Shown here piece by piece: positions 7,378-16,100 of a stretch of 32,000 bases of DNA. Made by a program: the position numbers and the translations under genes. The notes beneath the pieces were generated by a model. The model ran no database searches. It was not told the DNA's origin and saw nothing but the letters and a program-made list of their open reading frames with translations. Numbering within the stretch: position 1 is the stretch's first letter; every line of letters begins with the position of its first letter. Origin of the DNA: an uncultured Candidatus Saccharibacteria bacterium (GTDB taxonomy: Bacteria > Patescibacteriota > UBA1384 > XYA2-FULL-43-10 > 1-14-0-10-43-13); NCBI GenBank assembly GCA_964543385.1, contig CAZIYE010000001.1:480001-512000 (forward strand), in the 5' to 3' direction.

Positions 7378-7753
7378 ATATTTGCTATATAAATAAATAG
7401 TTAATATAGATATTAGTAGTAATAAGGGCTGTGGATAGTGTTGATAAGTAAAAAAAAGATTGCCAGGAGACAATAATTAGTAAAAAGTTATGTGGAAAAA
7501 CCTGTACACTTGATTGCCTATAACTTGTTGATAACAAAATATAATTACTAAATACTGGAAAATCTTAAAAATTATAAACAGTTTTATGCAACTTATAAAC
7601 AAAGAAAAACTTAAAATTACCATTAATCCACAGATAAAAATTGTGTAATAAAAAAGATAGTCTGGCAAATGATTAATTAAAAGGTAAATATTATAATAAT
7701 CCACAACTTGTAAGAATCCTGTGGAAAAGATCATTAAATTAGAAAGGATAATA
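7378..7753. other. Putative oriC (dnaA-dnaN intergenic region) with a DnaA-box cluster and AT-rich unwinding region
   Basis: This 376-bp non-coding AT-rich spacer holds five one-mismatch DnaA boxes: TGTGGATAG 7430-7438, TGTGGAAAA 7491-7499, TAATCCACA 7624-7632, TAATCCACA 7697-7705 and TGTGGAAAA 7720-7728. A direct repeat TTATAAACA occurs at 7572-7580 and 7593-7601. Confidence 0.6.
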
Positions 7754-8863
7754 ATGAAGATTACAATCTTACAATCAAATTTCTCAAAAGCGCTGTCACA
7801 GATTTCCAGGGTAGTGGGGAATAGAACTACTCTACCTGTTTTGAGTAATGCTCTTATCGTGGCAGAAAAAGGAGGAATCAAGATTTCCGCGACCGATCTA
7901 GAGGTTGGAATTACTACACATACAACGGGCAAAATTGAAGCAGAAGGAAAAATCACTCTTCCTGCAAGAATATTGTCTGACTTTATTAATAATAATAAAG
8001 ATCAATCCATTTCAATCACTACTAGCGGAAACATAGCTACTTTAAAGTCAGAAAGGTTTGAAGCAGTAATACATGGAATTTCGGCCGAGGAATTTCCTAC
8101 TGTTCCTGAGTCACAGGATGCCCCCTTCATCTCTATCGAGAAAGAAATATTTTTAAGCGCCTTAAAAAAAGTTATAATAGCTCCCGCTCTTGATGAAACT
8201 AGACCTGTTCTAGCTGGCTTGTTCTTCTCTTTTAGTAATAAGGAATTGATTTTAGCAGCAACTGATTCTTATCGGCTTGCTGAGAGCAAAATAAAACTTC
8301 AGAAACCAATTGAGGTCAAAAAAGTTATTGTTCCAACCAGAACCATGAATGAGGTAGCTAGAATATTAGGCAATAGCGATACTGCTAAAGAGGTATTGTT
8401 ATATTTAACAGAGAACCAAATATCATTTAAGATAGGTGATACACAGATAGTCTCTAGATTAATAGAGGGAGCATTCCCAAATTATACCCAAATTATTCCA
8501 TCGTCTTCTAAAATAAAAGCTAAAACAGATTTGAGCGAAATGGTCTCGGCAGTAAAAATGTCAGCTCTTTTTGCTAAAGATTCCGCAAATAATAATATTC
8601 GTTTTACTATTAAAGATAAGATTTTTACTGTTTCCTCCACTGCAACACAGGCCGGTAGCGCAAAATCGACTATCAAGGCTGATATTGTCGGAGACGATCT
8701 CGAAATTGCTTTTAACGCTAAATATGTATTGGATGTTCTTGGTATTTTCCCTCAAGGTTCTATAACAATAGAATTCAATAATAATGCCTCTCCGTGCTTG
8801 GTTAAGACCGAAAAAGATGCAAACTTTATATATATCATTATGCCGTTAAAACTTGAGTCATAA
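7754..8863 (+). CDS. dnaN: DNA polymerase III beta sliding clamp (369 aa)
   Basis: MKITILQSNFSKALSQISRVVGNRTTLPVLSNALI... is a typical DnaN N-terminus, and the gene follows dnaA. I prefer ATG 7754, preceded by GAAAGGA, over the upstream GTG at 7721, which lies within a DnaA-box-like site. Confidence 0.93.
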   Translation: MKITILQSNFSKALSQISRVVGNRTTLPVLSNALIVAEKGGIKISATDLEVGITTHTTGKIEAEGKITLPARILSDFINNNKDQSISITTSGNIATLKSERFEAVIHGISAEEFPTVPESQDAPFISIEKEIFLSALKKVIIAPALDETRPVLAGLFFSFSNKELILAATDSYRLAESKIKLQKPIEVKKVIVPTRTMNEVARILGNSDTAKEVLLYLTENQISFKIGDTQIVSRLIEGAFPNYTQIIPSSSKIKAKTDLSEMVSAVKMSALFAKDSANNNIRFTIKDKIFTVSSTATQAGSAKSTIKADIVGDDLEIAFNAKYVLDVLGIFPQGSITIEFNNNASPCLVKTEKDANFIYIIMPLKLES

Positions 8864-8869
8864 CTCTAA

Positions 8870-9913
8870 ATGTTAAAAAATGTTATTTTAGAAAATTTCC
8901 GCAATCATTCTAAATATGAAATTGATTTAGGAAACACAACTATTTTGATAGGTCCAAATGGCATTGGTAAAAGTAATATATTAGAAGCCATTTCGGTTTT
9001 ATCTTCTTGCCGTTCTTTTCGAGAGGAAGATAAAAAAAATCTAGTATCAAACGAAGAGGATTTCTGCCGTATAAGAGGTGATAATCTTGAAGTCTTTATA
9101 CAAAAGAATCCCACGCTTTTGCTCAGAGCTAAAGAGAACGGAATATTTAAAAAAAAGTCATTATTCATAGGACTATTAAGAAGTGTTGTCTTTTCTCCCG
9201 AGACAATGTTATTGGCGACCGGTAGCCCAAGAACGAGAAGGCGATTTTTAGATTTGATGATATCTCAAAGAAATCAGGAATATCTTCGTGCCCTGATTTC
9301 TTACGAGAAAATTAGAGCACAACGCAACTCTCTTCTTCAGAGAATTAAAGAGAGGCAGGCTAGTGATAAAGAATTATCATTTTGGGATGATGGTTTAATT
9401 GCAGAAGGGACCACCATTATTAGGGAGAGAGAAGGGGCTGTTTCTCTTTTGAACAGCCTTATCAGTGATATCTATGGTAATATTTCTGGTGTAAAAGACG
9501 ACTCCTTATCAATTATATATCAGAAAAGTGAAGGATTTGAATATAACATTAGGGAATGTCATCAAAAAGAGATTTGGCAAGGCTGCACGCTTTTTGGTCC
9601 TCATCGTGATGATTTTATTATTAGTTTAAACGGATTGAACATAGCAAACTTTGCTTCGAGAGGTGAAATAAGAAGTGCAGTTCTAGCAATCAAAATTGCT
9701 GAGTTGGAATTTCTGAAGATAGGAAATAATAGCTCCCCAATTTTGCTTCTAGATGATGTATATTCGGAATTTGATGAAGAACGAAGAGAACATCTTAACC
9801 AGATAGTAAAAAACTACCAAAGTGTTGTTACTACAACTGATATGAGTCATTTATCTAAACAATTATTAGACAATGCTAAGATAGTAGAAATGAGTAAAAG
9901 TGGAAAAAATTGA
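8870..9913 (+). CDS. recF: DNA replication and repair protein RecF (347 aa)
   Basis: L..NFRN......GPNGIGKSNILEAI is the Walker A region. The SMC-like signature region follows. LLLDDVYSEFDEERR is the Walker B region. The gene keeps the dnaA-dnaN-recF synteny. Confidence 0.92.
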   Translation: MLKNVILENFRNHSKYEIDLGNTTILIGPNGIGKSNILEAISVLSSCRSFREEDKKNLVSNEEDFCRIRGDNLEVFIQKNPTLLLRAKENGIFKKKSLFIGLLRSVVFSPETMLLATGSPRTRRRFLDLMISQRNQEYLRALISYEKIRAQRNSLLQRIKERQASDKELSFWDDGLIAEGTTIIREREGAVSLLNSLISDIYGNISGVKDDSLSIIYQKSEGFEYNIRECHQKEIWQGCTLFGPHRDDFIISLNGLNIANFASRGEIRSAVLAIKIAELEFLKIGNNSSPILLLDDVYSEFDEERREHLNQIVKNYQSVVTTTDMSHLSKQLLDNAKIVEMSKSGKN

Positions 9914-10175
9914 TAAAATACTAAGCAGTGTCTTAGCTAAAAAAGGGCTTGCTAAGGCCGCACAGGGCGCAATGGTGTGTTTTTATGCTAAGGAATGGGG
10001 AAAGGGACTATTTGAGCCTATTTCATTCCAAAATGGTACTTTGAAGATCTCCGTCTGTTCATCTCCTGCTGCTTCAGAAATTCACATAAAAGAAGCTGAG
10101 TTAATAGATTTCTTGAATAACAAACTATCAAAAAGATCAGTACGTTTCCTGAGAATCGTAGTTAAGAATAGTTAA
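9900..10175 (+). CDS. DUF721 (DciA-like) small protein (91 aa)
   Basis: GTG start overlapping the recF end. The pattern ...VLAKKGLAKAAQGAMVCFYAKEW...FQNGTLKISVCSSPAASEIHIKEAELIDFLNNKL and the position after recF match the DUF721 family as I remember it. Confidence 0.6.
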   Translation: MEKIDKILSSVLAKKGLAKAAQGAMVCFYAKEWGKGLFEPISFQNGTLKISVCSSPAASEIHIKEAELIDFLNNKLSKRSVRFLRIVVKNS

Positions 10176-10187
10176 GAGCTATCTGAG

Positions 10188-13100
10188 CTAGAATCCGATA
10201 TGGGTCCAGGCAACTGTTTGAGGATTTTGCCATATGCCCATGCGGGTATCACTTTCACATCCGTTACCTTTTTTTGATCCACAAATACCACCGCATGAGA
10301 TTGAGTCGTTTCCTAATCTGGGCTGGCACATATTCACCGTTATCATCCCTGCTTGATCAAAATAATCTACATCTTCTTTTCGGCCTGTCATAATCTGGAT
10401 TGGATATATCGGCTCATTGTCAGTTGTATTATATTTCTCGTAATTTTGGATCCTCATCATATTTTCTATCAATTTTCTTGCCTTATTCTGAGAAGCCTCA
10501 ACCATTTTCTTTTTGAGTAGTTCGTTTATGTTGTTATTTTGCTTGATTTGTCCGCCCCATACTCCCATACCAGTTGTATCATTTATCTTTGGCTGAGGAG
10601 CTTCAATCTTTGGATAATATCCATCAGCAGTACAGTAATAGTAAATTTTTTGACCCAAAAGATATCCTGCCAAAGCTATAACTACTGCTGCTGTCCACCC
10701 CACCGGACCAAGACCAAGCAAAGGCGCGACCACGAGATTATAAACAGCCACAGTTATCAAAGGAGTCAGGGTGCCAGGGATCATTCCCAAGCTATCTTCT
10801 ACTCCCGCGATTTGCTTGTCTAAAAGCTTTTCTACTGCAATTGATACAATTTTGTATACCACTAATGTTTCCGCAGCAGTAAAAGCTTGTTTTGCTGCAT
10901 CTTTGGCTTCTGCTAAGTCAGAGATCTTATTTAATTCCATAAACTCTTTAGCGTTGCTCGACAGTTGAGCAATATCTTTCACTCTTGAAATCTCTTCATA
11001 TATCTTCCAAGACTTATAAAGATCATAACCAAGTTTAAATATTTCAAGAGACTGTCCAGCTTTAAGGCCCAGTGTTTTATCTGCCCAAGTAAAAAGCTTT
11101 GTCGTAATAACAGTAGTTAATACCCCCCCCACAGTTGGCAGAGACATAGTTGAACCATCAGCTACAATTGTATTATGTGTTGTGCTATCACCTTTAACAA
11201 TGTTATCTAGAGTTATTGATTTCAAGCCCCAGTCGCCGGTACCGACACCGACAAGAAGTCCTTTGGCCAAATCTCCACTTATTGGGAAGCCAAACCATTC
11301 CTCGGAATTATCTGAGAGGAAGTTGCTGAAGAAATCAAATCCATTACCACTTGCAAACGTTGTAAAGGCATCTTTATCTCCGGCCACAAAATCCTTAGCA
11401 AATTTTGCTACCTGGATCCATTCGTCGACATTTTTAATTGCCTCAAAATTTTTGCCTAGTAAATGGCCATTTGTAAGGCCTGTTTTAATATATCTGGCAA
11501 GGGCAGCTGCCTTTATCTCAGCATTACCCTGAAGCAGGTCTCTGGCCATGCCTGGGTAAGAGTTCTCGTCTAATTTCCAAAGAGCAATATCGAGCATCTT
11601 GAATTGGAGATTATCCAAAGAAGCTTTTCTTATTGATTTCTGTACCGTTGTTAGTAATTCTCCATTTTTGGGAGTAAAGTTTGCACCGCTTGGTTGATAA
11701 TAAGATTCTGGATTAGAAAGTCTGTCCAATCTGCCTTCTGGGTCTCCATTGTTTTTATTATATTCAGAAACACATTTATTATATTGGTCTCCACTCGCTT
11801 GGTTGGTCGATTTCTGGCAGGCCGCTGGAGCGGCTGCATTATTGCTCACAATGCTTGTATTTAACTCGTCGATCTTACTTTGCAAATTCTCCGGCGAATA
11901 ATTATATTGTTCATCAACTTGATTAGTTACTGATGTTGAAGTCGATGTTTCAGTATAATTTTTCCCCAGAGAATCGATCAAGGCATCACCGAAATTGCCG
12001 CTACCTGTTTTTGGGCAATTATCACCATTACATACCTTTCTTGTTTCCGGATTACTGTAAATACCATTAACATCAACCCAAGCCGCCCTCTGATATGCTT
12101 CGACATCAGGCGCCCCTATTATAGAAGTTTTTATGTCATCATAGGCTATGCGCATCTCTTGTGGAATTGCAGTCTTACACTCGTCGTCTCCATTTGCTGA
12201 GCAGTGACTTTTCCTTATATTGTCTATAGGAGCCATAACATAATTAACTCCTAGAGAAATCGCTGCAATTTGGAAATACTTCATATCCCCACTAACTAGA
12301 TTAGCGATATCTTCCAAAGGCATATCAACGCCGACTCTTATCTCTTTATTATTGTAATTTGCCTTAACGTTATATATAAAATCGTGAATTTTATCACTCA
12401 ATACTTCTTTACCCCATGCGACGATGTCCTCTTTAAACGATCCGTCAACATTTCCCGAAGGATTTTGGGAGATTGCGGCCTTGCAGATATTATATCGATC
12501 GTTGATCTCCTTGCTGAGGGTGGTTCTGGCCTGTTGGACTTCAGTGAGCGCAACCTTTAAATCTTCCTGCCATTTTTTATATTCGCTAGAGTTAATATAA
12601 TCATCCGTTTTTTGCCCATTCTTTGAAACAGGCTTCTGTTTTTCAAGTTCGGCAAGCTTGGCTTCTGCATTATGCAGACTAGTATCAAGCGGCGATACGG
12701 TAGGGTCCGAACTTGCTTCATTTAAACAGTCTTTTGTCTGTCCTGTCGGGCCAAAAGAAACATGAACAACGCGACTATACAATCCCGTAAAAGAAGCAGC
12801 TTTTGAAGAATCAAGCCCAAATTGGTAGTCTATTTTCTGCGCACCAATTTCCATCAAAATAGTTCCTGAGTTCATTGGATCAGCAATAATTCTTTGGAAG
12901 GTTCCCTCAGGCAAGTTTGCTCTTTCATCAAGCTGAAAAGTGAATATCTGATTTAAATGATCATATAACTTATCCCACTTCCCATACCATTCGTCTGTTG
13001 CCGAACCAGTTCGACAAACTTTTTGTCCGTCGGTTTCGATTATTTTCCCCTGGCACTTGAAAATATTATTTAAGTTCTTAACAAGAGTAAGAGCTGTCTC

Positions 13101-16100
13101 TGACTGATTTTGGTCTAAACCAAGGCTTTCTCCTATTTTGCTACCAACAAGTTTCAATCCTGTTTGTTCGCCAACTAGTTGATTGTATTTATCTGGAGTC
13201 ATACTATTCAAGCCAGCCAAGAGGTCATAAGTAGAGTTTGAGCTTATACCAAACTGTTTATCTAAATAATTCAACTGCTGATAAAACTCTATATTCCCAG
13301 AATTATTTTGTTGACTCTTGCCTGCAACAGCCAGTGCAGATTTCAGTCGATCTTTGATTTTTTGATCGATATTGTTAATTGCAGTAAGGGCCGGGCCATT
13401 TATAACCAACGATCCCCTTAAATGATTTTGAATTTGCCGTGCTTTGTATTCGGCGCCAGTATTTTTAATTTTCTTGGCATAGCTATCGCCAAAGATATCT
13501 ACCAGGGATTTCTCATCAAAAATTTCTTCACCATTATCATCAGAGAGGGGAATGTTGAAAGATAGAGCGATATTGATAGCGCGGGACCTATCAAAGGCTT
13601 CACCGAATGTTGCCCCAAAGAATGTTCCTCTTGGAAGATTCAATGATTGCTCAACTTTTGATTGTCCGAAGTTCGATACAAAATCACTAATTTTTTCGCC
13701 TTTTAGCGGGAAATAATCTAGGCCGATTAAGCTTCCAAGTATAGATCCGCCAACTTGATTTAGAGTACAGTTTCTTGATATTTGGTCTTTTGCATTAAAT
13801 ACCGATAGGACGGTCCCGGGCTTTAAATTTAGCTCCTGATCGATATAGTTAGTACTTATTCTGTATAACGATGTAAAATCACCGCCAAGGACATTGTAGA
13901 GGTCGTCGGGCCCAAATAATGATGGGTCAATGTTTAGGCCTGAAGCATCAAAAATTTTATAGTTAATTACTTTTTCTGCAACTGCTCTACCAACTAATAG
14001 TTTGTAATTGGGAACTGGTAAATTTGTGCTGTCTTTGATAAACAATTTACTTAGAATCTTTTTATCAATATTATTTTTATTGCCTATAGCATCGATAAGT
14101 TGTTGGGTTTTTTCTTTATTATTTCCAAATGCATATTGTACATTTTTATCAGTGATAAAAGACAACAGGTTATTTCTAATATCAGAGATTTGTGACTTAT
14201 CACTCGCACTGTCTGCTAATCTTTGGGCTAATTCCTCCAATATATTGCCATATCTTTGGTCTTTGTTAATCAGTGAATATCGCTGGGCTTCTTCGGGGCT
14301 TTTGAAACAATGACGACCCTTCTTGTCGTAATAACAGAAGGAGTTATTCTCTAGGCTGGTTTCATTTATCGAGAATCCATCCTGTTTAGTATAAGAAACA
14401 GGGCATTGATTGCTATCAGATGCGGTATCAGCATAAGGGTTTACAAATACATAGTCTGGGTTTAATACATCGTCGTTATATTGATCAAGCTCGCTAGGTA
14501 AGATCTTGCCGCTTACTAATTTTGTATAAATATCAAGAACATTCTTGCTTATCTTTAGATTGTTCTCGAGCAAATTTTGTTCATCGCTAGACAGATTTAC
14601 AGAGTAAAGATTCTTGTCCTTAGTAAATAGTGACTTCGTATCACCGTCTTCTAGGCCAAGAAGATTATCAATAGACAGGGCCTCTGAAAGTGCTTTTTGC
14701 CATGCCAAAACACCTCCAGATTTTAGTGCTTCGTAGTTTCCGCTACCAAGCCCTAATCGCATCATCAAGTCGCTTTCAGCAGATTTTAATGCATCGTTAA
14801 ATCCTCTATCCTTAATATTTTGAACGATACTATCAGTATTAAAACTGTTTGCATTTGTCTTGCTGCCAAATTGTTCAATTATTTTGTCTTGTTTTTGCTT
14901 CCAATTGTCTCTTGCTGAGGCAACCAATAAATCGTAATCAGGCCAGTTTTCAGCCTGCATCTGGCTCAAAACGTTTAATAATTTATTGCTACTATTAATA
15001 CCCGTTATATCGGTAGGTAATTCCCCCAGCGGCGATTTGGCTTTATTCAATTTACTTGCCAGGTAACTGTTTACTGCTTCATCAATCTTAGTTTTGTCTG
15101 CATACTTTAATAATTCTGAGGCATTTGTAGCAAAATCAGCCATTGTAGAGACCGAATTCTTTTCCTGAAAATAGAATGGTGGCATCGAAAAGACTTCCTC
15201 AATCTTAGCTTGGCCGATAGACTTGAAGAACGCGTCACTTCCCCCCATTCCTTTTTTCTCGAAATTCTCAACTAAATATAAGAGAGAGTTACTTGGTAAA
15301 CCAAGCTTTGATTCTGCCATATTGGCACCAAATGAGATAAAAAGATCAGTCGGCGATACATTACCTGCCAAGAACCCAAATATTAGAGAGGAGGCCTTAA
15401 ACGGCGAGATATTATTATTTCCTCCTCCGCTATCATTGCTAGTCAGATCCATACTATTTATTTGAGAAAGTTTAAGGGAGTCCGAAGTTGGTATCTCTCG
15501 GCCGGATATGATTTCAGAAGATATCCTAAGGAGTTCGTTGGCATTAAAGATAATAGAATTCAGTTCATCAATCTTGTTATTTGCCTCTGCCTTGGCGGTG
15601 GTGAAGTTCTTAATTGAATCTAGCTGGGTGACTATAGAGTCAATCTGGCTTGTTGCAGAACTCATTTTCTCCCACGTATTTTGTATTTTTATTGTATTTG
15701 CATCACTAGATTCAAAAACATTTTTGAGATTACTAATTAAATCATTAATTTCAGTATATGTATTCTCGAAACCTGAATCCTTGCTTGCAAAGATTTTCCA
15801 ATCACCCTTAATATCAGCCAATAATTTTTGTGCCTGATTCAATCTTGATGTATAAAATGCGATAGTACTGTTGCTAATTCTTAATTCTGGATTCGTGTTT
15901 AATAAATCTATTTTGGTTTTGTCTTCTTTGTTGATTAATTTGTTTGCAACACCTGTATATAAAATTTGTGAACCGATCCTCTTGAAGACGGGGCTATTAT
16001 TAGCTGTAGAACAACCAAAGATCCTTTGCAGGTCAAGTTTCTCGAGCCCAGCTAGCATGGACTTTTCTTCTGTCACAATAAAATCATCAGTTCGTGTTTC

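Noticed and set aside
7477-7956. 159-aa minus-strand ORF spanning the dnaA-dnaN spacer and the dnaN 5' end
   Set aside because: It lies in the AT-rich origin region and runs antisense to dnaN. Its composition (I/F/L-rich) is what AT-rich DNA yields by chance, and no motif is present. I treat it as spurious.
10188-10205. C-terminal ...WTHIGF of the giant protein resembling the aromatic C-terminal signature of outer-membrane beta-barrels
   Set aside because: A single terminal Phe is weak evidence. No alternating beta-strand pattern precedes it, and the region follows a helical hydrophobic hairpin. Nothing else in the window indicates an outer membrane.
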